Counted from the first letter of the stretch, positions 20,521-28,840 are shown. The stretch: DNA of 64,000 bases from Acidobacteriota bacterium (GCA_031431415.1 JANPDK010000096.1:157-64156); one strand, 5' to 3'. The notes: a model not told the origin generated them from the sequence alone. Program-made: numbers and translations.

Positions 20521-20738
20521 CGGAAAAGCTGTGCTTTTCCGTCGCATCCGCAACCACTTCCCGCGGCTATGCCGCCGCTCTTACGCGTCGATGAAGGGCG
20601 GCGTAGCCGCTAGGAAATTTCTAGGCGTCTTCGGTGAAGCAGAGCTTCACCGCAAATAGACGGGCAAGCCCGGAAGGACACGGTTTGCCGAAACCTGCAA
20701 CCGTTCCGCACATCGACGGGCAAAGCCCGAAGGTCCGA
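20521..20738. repeat. cluster of consecutive strong hairpins in an intergenic region
   Basis: CGGAAAAGC tgt GCTTTTCCG (20521-41). GCGGCTATGCCGCC..GGCGGCGTAGCCGC (20563-20610). CGGTGAAGC aga GCTTCACCG (20632-52). GACGGGCAAGCCCGGAAGG and GACGGGCAAAGCCCGAAGG are direct repeats. Confidence 0.7.
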
Positions 20739-22055
20739 CTAGTCGTAATACTCCAACCCCAAATGTGTGATCAGCTCTTCGCCTTTTAGGTGTCTTAGGG
20801 TGTTTTTTAGCTTCATTAGTTGGATGAAGATGTCGTGTTCAGGATAGAGGCTCGGGGCGGTTTGGGGGGCTTTGAAGTAGAATGACAGCCATTCCTGGAC
20901 GCCTTTCATGTTGGCTCGCTGGGCGAGGTCCATGAAGAGTGCGAGATCTAACGCCAGCGGGGCGGCGAGGATCGAGTCGCGGCAGAGGAAGTTGACCTTG
21001 ATCTGCATTTTGTAGCCGAGCCCTCCGAAGATGTCGATGTTGTCCCAGCCTTCTTTGTTGTCGCCGCGGGGCGGATAGTAATTGATCTTGACGACGTGGC
21101 TGAAGTCTCCGTAGAGGTCAGGATAAACCTCGGGCTGGAAGATGTGTTCGAGAACTGAGAGTTTCGAAACTTCTTTCGATTTGAAATTCTCAGGGTCGTC
21201 AAGCACTTCGCCGTCGCGGTTGCCCAGGATGTTGGTCGAGTACCAACCGTCGAGTCCGAGCATTCTCGATTTCAAACCGGGAGCGAGGATGGTCTTCATC
21301 AGCGTCTGTCCGGTCTTAAAATCTTTACCGCAGATCGGCATCTTGGTCTCGTCGGCAAGCTCGACGAGAGCCGGGATATCGACTGTCAGATTTGGGGCAC
21401 CGTTGGCGAATGGGACGCCCGATTTGAGAGCGGCGTAGGCATAGATCATCGACGGAGCGACGAGCGGATCGCTGTCGTACATCGCTTTTTCGAGCGACGC
21501 GACCGACTGGTGTATCTCGGTTTCCTCGATGTATATCTCGGTCGAAGCGCACCAGACCATGACCAGACGTGAGCAGTTGTTGTCCGTCTTAAACTTAGCG
21601 ATATCAGCAATTAGCTGCTCCGCCAGGTCCATCTTGTTTTTGCCGGTTTTGACGTTCTCGCCGGTGATTCGCTTGACGTAATTCTGTTCGAAAACGGCGC
21701 TCATCGGCTTGAGGCTTGAGAGCGGTTCGGAGAGCTGATTGAGCAGATCTTTGTCGAGCACACCGGCGTTCATCGCGGCGTCGTAGGCACCGTCGTTAAA
21801 GATGTCCCACGCGCCAAAGACGATGTCGTCGAGGCTCGCGAGCGGCACAAAATCCTTAATAAGCGGCGAACGGTTATCCGTGCGCTTGCCCAGACGGATC
21901 GAGCCGAGCTGCGTAAGGCTTCCGACCGGCTGCGATATTCCACGCTTGACCGCCTCGACACCAGCTACCAACGTCGTGCTGACGGCCCCAAGACCAACCA
22001 GCAAAACACCCAATTTTCCTTCCGCAGGTGCAACACCCGCGCCCTTCTCAATCAT
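20739..22055 (-). CDS. ino1: inositol-3-phosphate synthase
   Basis: GAPNLTVDIPALVELADE..CGKDFKTGQTLMKT..STNILGNRDG is typical of bacterial/archaeal MIPS. Confidence 0.9.
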   Translation of the reverse strand: MIEKGAGVAPAEGKLGVLLVGLGAVSTTLVAGVEAVKRGISQPVGSLTQLGSIRLGKRTDNRSPLIKDFVPLASLDDIVFGAWDIFNDGAYDAAMNAGVLDKDLLNQLSEPLSSLKPMSAVFEQNYVKRITGENVKTGKNKMDLAEQLIADIAKFKTDNNCSRLVMVWCASTEIYIEETEIHQSVASLEKAMYDSDPLVAPSMIYAYAALKSGVPFANGAPNLTVDIPALVELADETKMPICGKDFKTGQTLMKTILAPGLKSRMLGLDGWYSTNILGNRDGEVLDDPENFKSKEVSKLSVLEHIFQPEVYPDLYGDFSHVVKINYYPPRGDNKEGWDNIDIFGGLGYKMQIKVNFLCRDSILAAPLALDLALFMDLAQRANMKGVQEWLSFYFKAPQTAPSLYPEHDIFIQLMKLKNTLRHLKGEELITHLGLEYYD

Positions 22056-22158
22056 CGATTTCCTCCGAAAGATACAAAACTATAAGAATAGCGGTAAGCG
22101 TGGTTCAGCGCAAATGCAGCAGGAGTCTCGGTAGCTTGGTAGTGTCTCAAAGTCGGTG

Positions 22159-22452
22159 TTAAGGAAATATCAAAATTAGAACACCAAAGATAATGAAATT
22201 ATATAAGACAACCACGAGCGCATAGGCCTGCCAAGTCCACGGCCTTTTATCTTTAGTCCATTTGTTTTCACGACCTCGTATATACACTGGGTACAAAATT
22301 ACCGATAAGAGCAGGAGAGAGATTGGAATGGCGAATTTAACGGCGATTACTAATTTTATGATTAGCGTTAGGACAACAGCGCATGTTACAAACAACAGCC
22401 CCATCGCACGCTTAAGTTGTGGATTAGGTTTTCTTGCTCTGCTGATTTCCAT
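22159..22452 (-). CDS. small membrane protein, hypothetical
   Basis: 97-aa ORF with three predicted TM helices in a low-GC stretch. Confidence 0.45.
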   Translation of the reverse strand: MEISRARKPNPQLKRAMGLLFVTCAVVLTLIIKLVIAVKFAIPISLLLLSVILYPVYIRGRENKWTKDKRPWTWQAYALVVVLYNFIIFGVLILIFP

Positions 22453-22468
22453 AACTTTTCAGGAGATT

Positions 22469-22753
22469 CTACGGTGTTAAAGTCTGTTCCGTCTGAATGA
22501 CGTTAACAATCGCAAGTCGGCCGCTAATAAGCGCCGTTTTGCACCACACATTTGTGATCCCATTTATCGGTGTAATCTCGTTTGTTTTCATCTGCTCGAT
22601 GAGTGACGCCTTTCCCTTGTTCCCTAACCCAGTAACTTCTACCACTTGCAAACCCTTAGCACCTTTTACAAGTGCACTGACTGGCGAACCGGAATATATT
22701 TGCGACAGATAGGTTCCGCCTTTGTATTCCAGAATGAAGGTGTAGAGTGGCAT
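22469..22753 (-). CDS. conserved hypothetical protein
   Basis: 94-aa ORF (MPLYTFILEYKGGTYLSQI...) resembling a small protein family of unknown function. Low-GC stretch. Confidence 0.5.
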   Translation of the reverse strand: MPLYTFILEYKGGTYLSQIYSGSPVSALVKGAKGLQVVEVTGLGNKGKASLIEQMKTNEITPINGITNVWCKTALISGRLAIVNVIQTEQTLTP

Positions 22754-22831
22754 ATTAGTACGCGAAATAGATCGCCAGCATATAGTCTAGTTTATCCCAC
22801 TTTTTTCGAAAGTCGTTCGTAAGTCTCGGAA

Positions 22832-24973
22832 TCAAAAGCTGCCGACGAATTCCTTTCGCTCGGATAAACCCTGCACCGCCAGCGAGATCGCGTCGATCTG
22901 GTCGTCGTGGGTACCGGTTGGGAAGGCGGCGGCTTCTTCGACGAGGTCGTGGTTCCAATGGCCGCGGATGAGGAAGACGCGTCCGGCCTCGGCGGCGGCC
23001 ATCCAGCCGATGGCCCGGGAGTGTTTGTCGCCACGCGGTTTTATCCCGCGAAGTGCACGTCCCAGAGTTTGCTTTTCGCGTCCGAGGTCCGCGAGAACGG
23101 CGTGGCCGTTGGCTGACAGCTCGACGATGTGCGATGCGCCGGGCTCGGCGGCGATACGTCCCAGGATATAACGCCGCTGCTCGGGATACTCGATCTTTCG
23201 CCGAAAACCGCCATCGATGTAAATATTCTGCTCCTTATCGACCGCCACACGAAAGCTTGCGGTGTAATCCGAAGTCGCCCCCGCCGAACAAGCCAGATCA
23301 TACGCCCGCACCCACTTCAACCCCGGCGGCGGCGCATTGATCACCTGCCTGAACCAGTCGCGTTTAAATATCCCACCCTCGGCCGGCGAAGGCCGTTGCT
23401 GATAGAGCGAAGCGAATGACCACGTGCCGATCTGTTCGCGGGTGCGTTCGAGTTCGGCAACCGGAAACCGTTCAGGCCAAAGAGCATCGCCGAAACGTCG
23501 GCCGAGTACATCAATCCCGCTCTTTGTCGCTGAAGGCGACAGAGATAATAGCCTGGGGTGAAGCCGTTTCGGCGGAACCCCAGGAACATCAGGTTCAGAG
23601 ACCTCCGCTCCCTGAAGGGGAGCAACTCGCCCCGCGCCTAGTGCGACCCCTTCAGGGTCGGGATCATCTTGGGCGGCAGACCCAGGGTTGCGGCCGTCGG
23701 CCTTACCCTGGGCGATTATCTTTGTCCCCTTCAGGGACATTTCTCCATTCTCGACTCTAAGATCGTTACCGTCTTCCCTTTCCTTCATTCTCAATTCTCC
23801 ATTCTCAATTCTCAATTGGTTCGCCGCTTCGGCGAGCGCCGGCAGATCAACCACTTCCCACTGCTCGCCGCCTTCGTCCATTTGCCGCAGCAATCTCCCG
23901 GCGAGGTCGTCTTCGTGCCAGCGGGTTTGGATGAGGACGACCTGGCCGCCGGGTTCGAGACGCGTGTAGAGGTCGTTGTTCCACCAATTCCAAACCTTGT
24001 CGCGATAGGTGAGCGAATTGGCCTGTTCGCGGTTTTTGACCGGGTCGTCAATGACGATCAGATTCGCACCGAATCCGGTAATGCCCGCTCCGACGCCAAC
24101 AGCCTTGAGCCCGCCGCCCATTGTGGTTTCCCATTCGGACTCGGTGTTCTTAAATCGAGGACGTGCGAATGGGAACGGCGAGCCGGACTCACCAGCAATT
24201 GCCGGAAGAGAAGAATTTTTGCCGCAGATGGGCGCAGATGACGCAGATCTAAGAGGTTTCTGATCTGCGCTTTCTGCGTTTATCTGCGGCAAAATCTCTT
24301 CTGCCGCCTCACGCTCCCGCGATAACATTGCGTCGTCGATCAGTACGCTCTTGATGCCGCGTGAGAATGTGTTCGCCAGCTTCTGGCCGTAGCTCGCGAT
24401 GATCGTGCGCATCGCCGGATCCTTTTTCAAACGCCACGCGGCATAGCGGACGGTGACGAGTTCGGATTTGCCGTGACGCGGCGGCATGAAGATCATCAGC
24501 CGCTTCAGATCGCCCTCGGTCATACGTCGCAAACGCTTGTAAAGATAAAGCTGATGCTTCGCCGTCCATGTCATATTCGGCGAAACAGATATGAGCCATT
24601 GTTTGAACTCGTCGTACTCTTCTTTCGCCGGATCTGGCGGAAGACAGGGAGTAGGGGAGACGGGGAGTTGGGGAGCAGGAACTGCGAACTCGGGTTGCAC
24701 AGCTTCCCCATCTCCCACACTCTCGTTCTCCCCTTCTCCCCCACTCCCCTTCTCCCCCTCTTCTTTGAGCAGCCCGTCCCAGCCGTAGCGTTCGATCCAG
24801 CCGGAGGCGGCTCGGCCGTTCTCGTAGCGTCGGTAGAGCATTCGGCGGTGAAAATCGTCGTAGCCGGCGGAGCGCATTTCGCGTTCGATCTGCTCGTGTT
24901 TTTTACCTCTGTATTTTATATAAAGCTCGCGACAAGCCTCGATACGCTCGAGGTTGCGTTCATGATCGGTCAT
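22832..24973 (-). CDS. phage terminase large-subunit-like protein, orphan, carrying in-frame repeat insertions
   Basis: Walker A IFMPPRHGKSELVT, Walker B NLIVIDDPVKN, VLIQTRWHEDDLAGRL, and C-terminal nuclease motif GTHDDQIDAISLA. The single 713-aa ORF spans three repeat elements. Confidence 0.8.
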   Translation of the reverse strand: MTDHERNLERIEACRELYIKYRGKKHEQIEREMRSAGYDDFHRRMLYRRYENGRAASGWIERYGWDGLLKEEGEKGSGGEGENESVGDGEAVQPEFAVPAPQLPVSPTPCLPPDPAKEEYDEFKQWLISVSPNMTWTAKHQLYLYKRLRRMTEGDLKRLMIFMPPRHGKSELVTVRYAAWRLKKDPAMRTIIASYGQKLANTFSRGIKSVLIDDAMLSREREAAEEILPQINAESADQKPLRSASSAPICGKNSSLPAIAGESGSPFPFARPRFKNTESEWETTMGGGLKAVGVGAGITGFGANLIVIDDPVKNREQANSLTYRDKVWNWWNNDLYTRLEPGGQVVLIQTRWHEDDLAGRLLRQMDEGGEQWEVVDLPALAEAANQLRIENGELRMKEREDGNDLRVENGEMSLKGTKIIAQGKADGRNPGSAAQDDPDPEGVALGAGRVAPLQGAEVSEPDVPGVPPKRLHPRLLSLSPSATKSGIDVLGRRFGDALWPERFPVAELERTREQIGTWSFASLYQQRPSPAEGGIFKRDWFRQVINAPPPGLKWVRAYDLACSAGATSDYTASFRVAVDKEQNIYIDGGFRRKIEYPEQRRYILGRIAAEPGASHIVELSANGHAVLADLGREKQTLGRALRGIKPRGDKHSRAIGWMAAAEAGRVFLIRGHWNHDLVEEAAAFPTGTHDDQIDAISLAVQGLSERKEFVGSF
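23521..23738. repeat. multi-hairpin palindrome, constant TGAAG/CTTCA pentaloops
   Basis: GTCGC tgaag GCGAC (23526-40). GCTCCC tgaag GGGAGC (23607-23). GACCC cttca GGGTC (23645-59). GTCCC cttca GGGAC (23724-38). Also long-range stems CCTGGGG/CCCCAGG and CCCAGGGT/ACCCTGGG. The left and right halves are reverse complements. Confidence 0.85.
23740..23814. repeat. 7-bp direct repeats ATTCTCM (x2, spacer, x4 tandem)
   Basis: Tandem ATTCTCA ATTCTCC ATTCTCA ATTCTCA at 23787-23814, and two more units at 23740-23753. In frame in the terminase-like ORF (RIENGELRM). Confidence 0.85.
24207..24300. repeat. word-repeat palindromic element (word CGCAGAT) inside the terminase-like ORF
   Basis: AAGAGAAGAATTTTTGCCGCAGATGGGCGCAGATGACGCAGATCTAAG..CTGATCTGCGCTTTCTGCGTTTATCTGCGGCAAAATCTCTT. 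Confidence 0.9.
24641..24765. repeat. word-repeat palindromic element (word GGGGAGA) inside the terminase-like ORF
   Basis: GGGAGTAGGGGAGACGGGGAGTTGGGGAGC ..loop.. CTTCCCCATCTCCCACAC..TCTCCCCTTCTCCCCCACTCCCCTTCTCCCCC. Confidence 0.8.
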
Positions 24974-24981
24974 AGGCGGGA

Positions 24982-25108
24982 GAAAAACTGATAACTAATA
25001 ACTAAACAATTGGTAACTGTTAGAAAAAAATGTGCCGTTTAGGATGAAGGTGAAGAGTTTCGTTCAATTCAGTTAATAGTTATTAGTGGGTAGTTGATAG
25101 TGGAAGAA
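24982..25108. repeat. word-repeat palindromic element (word TAACTAA)
   Basis: TGATAACTAATAACTAAACAATTGGTAACTGTTA ..loop.. TCAGTTAATAGTTATTAGTGGGTAGTTGATAGTG. Confidence 0.7.
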
Positions 25109-25156
25109 ACTGGCACGGGATCAACGTAACTGATTTTCTCTCGAATTGAAATACCT

Positions 25157-25217
25157 ATCCGCCGCTAATTCCGATAACGTCGCTATTTGCCGATAATGTA
25201 GCAATCCGCCGATAAAG
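25157..25217. repeat. orphan arm of phased direct words CCGATAA
   Basis: CCGCTAA (25162), CCGATAA (25171), CGCTATT (25181), CCGATAA (25190) and CCGATAA (25209), spaced about 9-10 bp apart. No inverted partner was seen. Confidence 0.7.
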
Positions 25218-25224
25218 AGTTTTT

Positions 25225-25324
25225 AAGAGTTTTGCCCGCGAATAACGCGAATAAAGACGAATAAAGAACTGGCAGAAGTTTTCTTTATTCGTTCTATTCG
25301 CGTTATTCGCGGGCAAAAACTCTT
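25225..25324. repeat. word-repeat palindromic element (word CGCGAAT)
   Basis: AAGAGTTTTGCCCGCGAATAACGCGAATAAAGACGAATAAAG..CTTTATTCGTTCTATTCGCGTTATTCGCGGGCAAAAACTCTT. Confidence 0.95.
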
Positions 25325-25367
25325 CTCCTTTCCCGGCACACCTTCTTAGGTTAAAATCGCCGTGTCT

Positions 25368-25859
25368 ATGAAAACTCTGCTCATCCTACGCCATGCAAAG
25401 TCTAGTTGGGACGATGCCAGCCTTTCCGATTTCGAACGTCCGTTGAATGCGCGTGGTTTGAAAGCCGCTCTGTTTGTGGGCGGGCTGATGCGGCGGCGTG
25501 AGTTGATCCCCGAAACGATCTTGTCGTCGCCGGCTATGCGTGCCCGAACGACGGCGGAATTGGTTCAGCAAGCTGGTGCTTTCGACGCCGAGATCAAATT
25601 TGACCACGACATCTACGAAGCCAGTCCCGGCAATCTCCGTCAGGCTGTTGCTGCGATCGACGACGAATTTACCACTGCCCTCCTCGTCGGCCACAACCCG
25701 GGCATCGAAGGGTTTATCAGATATCTCACCGGGAAATTAGAGCCGATGCCGACTGCGGCTTTGGCAGTGATCGAGCTTGAGGTCGATCGTTGGACGGAGG
25801 TTGATGATGGGTGCGGCGAGTTGAAAGACTTGATAAGACCAAGAGATGAAATGCAGTGA
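25368..25859 (+). CDS. sixA: phosphohistidine phosphatase SixA
   Basis: LLILRHAKSSWDD and LVGHNPG histidine-phosphatase motifs, in a size of about 165 aa. Confidence 0.85.
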   Translation: MKTLLILRHAKSSWDDASLSDFERPLNARGLKAALFVGGLMRRRELIPETILSSPAMRARTTAELVQQAGAFDAEIKFDHDIYEASPGNLRQAVAAIDDEFTTALLVGHNPGIEGFIRYLTGKLEPMPTAALAVIELEVDRWTEVDDGCGELKDLIRPRDEMQ

Positions 25860-25864
25860 AAGAT

Positions 25865-26059
25865 ATGAAGAAACCACCTAAAGAATTACCGATCTTCAAA
25901 ACCGAGGACGAGGAACGCGAGTTTTGGTGGCGACATGATTCGTCCGATTATGTGGATTGGGATAACGCCGTGTCCGTAGCATTCCCAAACCTTAAAAGGA
26001 CGAAACTAAGTGACTCCGACCAGAAACCACAAACTCCTAAAGATTTAACTTCTTTGTAA
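25865..26059 (+). CDS. CopG-type antitoxin-like small protein (no adjacent toxin)
   Basis: FKTEDEEREFWWRHDSSDYVDWDNAVSVAFPNLK resembles the CopG_antitoxin family pattern. Confidence 0.55.
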   Translation: MKKPPKELPIFKTEDEEREFWWRHDSSDYVDWDNAVSVAFPNLKRTKLSDSDQKPQTPKDLTSL

Positions 26060-26142
26060 CACCCTGTTAATACGTCGTTAAGCCTTGGCGGTCAGACTTA
26101 TCGCAATCGGAGCCGAATTTACATACAATTCAGATAAATGCC

Positions 26143-26829
26143 ATGCAGCAAACCATTCTGATCGTCGAGGATGACGCGGACATTGCGGAGAGTCTGCAAT
26201 ACAACCTCAAACGCGAGAGTTTTCGGCCCGTGATCGCTGAGTCGGGCGAGAAGGGCTTGCGGCTGGCGCTTGATGAGAAGACTACGCCTTCGCTGATAAT
26301 TCTCGATCTGATGCTGCCGGGCATGAGCGGTTTGGAGCTGTGCAGGCGTTTGCGGCGAGAGACCTTGACCGAGAAAACACCGATCATCATGCTCACCGCC
26401 AAGGCGGCAGAGGGCGATAAGATTCTGGGCCTCGAGACCGGTGCGGACGATTATGTCGTCAAGCCGTTCTCGATAAAAGAGGTGATCGCACGCGTGCGGG
26501 CTGTGTTGCGGCGGGTCGAGACAGATTCGACGCCGAAGTATAAGGACGAGCAGCTAAAGGTCGACTTTGCGGACATGCGCGTGACCTGTACTGACCGAGA
26601 TGTTCGGCTGACGCGTAAGGAATTTGCACTGCTCGAACACCTCATCAAAAACACCGGCCGCGTCGCCTCGCGCCAGCAGCTGCTCGACAACGTCTGGGGC
26701 TACAGCTACTTCGGCGACACGCGAACGCTCGACGTACACATTCGCCGCCTCCGCCAAAAACTAGACGAATGCGGCTCCTGCATTGAAACCGTCGTCGGCG
26801 TGGGCTATCGTTTTATCGGGTGCAAGTAG
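26143..26829 (+). CDS. OmpR/PhoB-family response regulator
   Basis: REC domain (ILIVEDDADIAESL..LDLMLPGMSG) plus a winged-helix output domain (LTRKEFALLEHL..VGVGYRF). Confidence 0.95.
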   Translation: MQQTILIVEDDADIAESLQYNLKRESFRPVIAESGEKGLRLALDEKTTPSLIILDLMLPGMSGLELCRRLRRETLTEKTPIIMLTAKAAEGDKILGLETGADDYVVKPFSIKEVIARVRAVLRRVETDSTPKYKDEQLKVDFADMRVTCTDRDVRLTRKEFALLEHLIKNTGRVASRQQLLDNVWGYSYFGDTRTLDVHIRRLRQKLDECGSCIETVVGVGYRFIGCK

Positions 26830-26832
26830 TTT

Positions 26833-27000
26833 AAGAAAATTCACCGCAGATAGACGCAGATGGACACAGATAAGAAATTTTTCTGTTGTGGGCGATTAAC
26901 ATTTTCTTTAGTAAAATTCATAGACGGCGCTAGAAGCTGCTTGAAAATAGTCACTTCTTATCTGTGTTTATCTGCGTCCATCTGCGGCTAATTTCCTCTT
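26833..27000. repeat. word-repeat palindromic element (word CGCAGAT), long loop
   Basis: AAGAAAATTCACCGCAGATAGACGCAGATGGACACAGATAAG ..about 75-nt loop.. CTTATCTGTGTTTATCTGCGTCCATCTGCGGCTAATTTCCTCTT. Confidence 0.9.
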
Positions 27001-27007
27001 AATCCTT

Positions 27008-28063
27008 ATGAATTCCACAGCCACAGAGCCAGCGACCACTATGTCGAATCAGATCTTGCAGAAGATACTCGACACGACGCGGGAGTGTGTTTTGGTGGTT
27101 GATCGCGATATGCGTATCGCCTATTGCAACGTGCCGGCGGCGGTGGCGTTTGGGCGGGATGGGTTGGATATTGAGAGTAAACGGCTTAGCGAGATGCTTC
27201 GCGATCTCGATCTGCACGATGCGTACCGCGTGGCAATCGAGACGCAAACTTCGTCGGATGTTCGGCTCGAACTAAATCGCGCTGAGAAACGGCAGTTTGA
27301 CGTTCACGTTGCACCGATCGAACTCGACGGAGCCGCATTCGCGATCGGATTTTTTTACGAGACGACGCAGATCGACCGGCTCGAACTGGTTCGTCAGGAA
27401 TTCCTCTCAAACATCTCGCACGAACTCCGCACGCCGCTCACTTCGATCCTCGCATTCGTCGAAACTCTCGAAAACGGCGCTCTTGAGGACGAGGAAAATA
27501 ACATGCGTTTCCTCGGCGTCATCCGCCGCAACGCCGAGCGGATGAGCAGCCTCATCGCCGATATTCTCGAACTGTCTTTGATCGAGTCGGGCCAGGTCTC
27601 GGTCGATATTCGCGAGGTCAAGCTCCACCTCGCCTTGACGGACGTGATGGCTGCACTCTCGTCAAAGGCCGAGGGCCGCGAGGTAACCTTGCATAACAAT
27701 GTCGCCGAGAACGCGTCGATCTGGTGCGACAGCGTTCGGCTCGAACAGATGCTGACGAACCTCATCGACAACGCCATCAAATTTAACCGCCAGAGCGGCA
27801 GCGTCACGGTCTCGCTCGAACACGCCGCAGGGACCGATAATATCTACGTCGCCGACACCGGCGAAGGAATTTTGCCCGAGCACTCTGGCCGCATCTTCGA
27901 ACGCTTTTACCGCACCGACCGCGCACGTTCGCGTGACCTCGGCGGCACCGGTCTCGGCCTCGCCATCGTCAAACACCTCGCCAAACTCCATGGCGGCGAG
28001 GTCACGCTCGTCTCGGAATTGGGGATCGGAACGACATTCAAGATCGAATTGCCCACAAGATAA
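27008..28063 (+). CDS. PAS-domain sensor histidine kinase (PhoR-like, no TM segment seen)
   Basis: H box FLSNISHELRTPLTSI, N box DNAIKFN, G1 DTGEGI, G2 GGTGLGLAIVKH. Confidence 0.9.
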   Translation: MNSTATEPATTMSNQILQKILDTTRECVLVVDRDMRIAYCNVPAAVAFGRDGLDIESKRLSEMLRDLDLHDAYRVAIETQTSSDVRLELNRAEKRQFDVHVAPIELDGAAFAIGFFYETTQIDRLELVRQEFLSNISHELRTPLTSILAFVETLENGALEDEENNMRFLGVIRRNAERMSSLIADILELSLIESGQVSVDIREVKLHLALTDVMAALSSKAEGREVTLHNNVAENASIWCDSVRLEQMLTNLIDNAIKFNRQSGSVTVSLEHAAGTDNIYVADTGEGILPEHSGRIFERFYRTDRARSRDLGGTGLGLAIVKHLAKLHGGEVTLVSELGIGTTFKIELPTR

Positions 28064-28153
28064 GAAATTTTGGCCGCGGATATGCGCCGATGGAGCGGAT
28101 AAGAAAAGATTCTTGATCTGCGCCATCTGCGCTCATCTGCGGCCAAATCTCTT
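28062..28153. repeat. word-repeat palindromic element (words CGCGGAT/CGCCGAT vs ATCTGCG)
   Basis: AAGAAATTTTGGCCGCGGATATGCGCCGATGGAGCGGATAAG..CTTGATCTGCGCCATCTGCGCTCATCTGCGGCCAAATCTCTT. It starts on the kinase stop codon. Confidence 0.9.
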
Positions 28154-28303
28154 CCGTCCCCGACAAGCCCGAAAATTTAACTACCGCGCAAAACGCTCAT
28201 CGTGCTATACTCGTATTAAATCTGCCCCTGAAGTTTTGTCCGGAAGACGTTGTTTGAACTTCCCGACCTGTCCGTTTCCCAGTTTTTTGGTAGGAGTGCG
28301 GTT

Positions 28304-28840
28304 ATGCATCTCACTATTGGCCAAAAGGTCGCGTATCCTAATCAGGGCGTTTGTCTCGTTGAGGGGCGCCGCGAGCGGACCGTGGGCGAGACTTCGCTCA
28401 ACGGTTACAATCTGCGTGTGCTCGGTGATAATTCGACCATTTTTGTGCCTGAGGACAATACGGACAGCGTGGGCCTGAGGCCGCTGATATCGCGTTCCGA
28501 GTGCCGCAAGCTGGTCGATGAGCTGTCAATGGATTTCGAACCGTGTGCCGACGACTGGAAGACGCGTTCGAAAGAATTCTTTGAAAAGCTGCACTCGGGC
28601 GATGTCTTCGCCGCCGCCGATGTGCTCAAAAAGCTGACCTATCTCAGCTTTGACAAAAAACTCTCATTCCGCGAGCAAACCATGCTCGAAAAGGCCAGAT
28701 TTCTGGTCGTCTCAGAAATCCGCAACGCCGGCCGCCAAAAAAACGACACAACCGAAGCTGAGGTCGTCGATATGGTCCAATCCGCCTGCCTAAATCACCG
28801 CCGGATCGAGCTAAAAGTGTTGTCCGCGTCTGTGCATTGA
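28304..28840 (+). CDS. carD: CarD/CdnL-family RNA-polymerase-binding regulator
   Basis: IGQKVAYPNQGVCLVEG..YNLRVL matches the CarD_CdnL_TRCF N-domain. ATG 28304 is preferred. Confidence 0.9.
   Translation: MHLTIGQKVAYPNQGVCLVEGRRERTVGETSLNGYNLRVLGDNSTIFVPEDNTDSVGLRPLISRSECRKLVDELSMDFEPCADDWKTRSKEFFEKLHSGDVFAAADVLKKLTYLSFDKKLSFREQTMLEKARFLVVSEIRNAGRQKNDTTEAEVVDMVQSACLNHRRIELKVLSASVH

Noticed and set aside
22056-25360. Intact prophage or integrated island around the terminase-like gene
   Set aside because: No portal, capsid, tail, integrase, tRNA or attachment-like direct repeats were seen. Only two small low-GC ORFs and repeat elements flank it.
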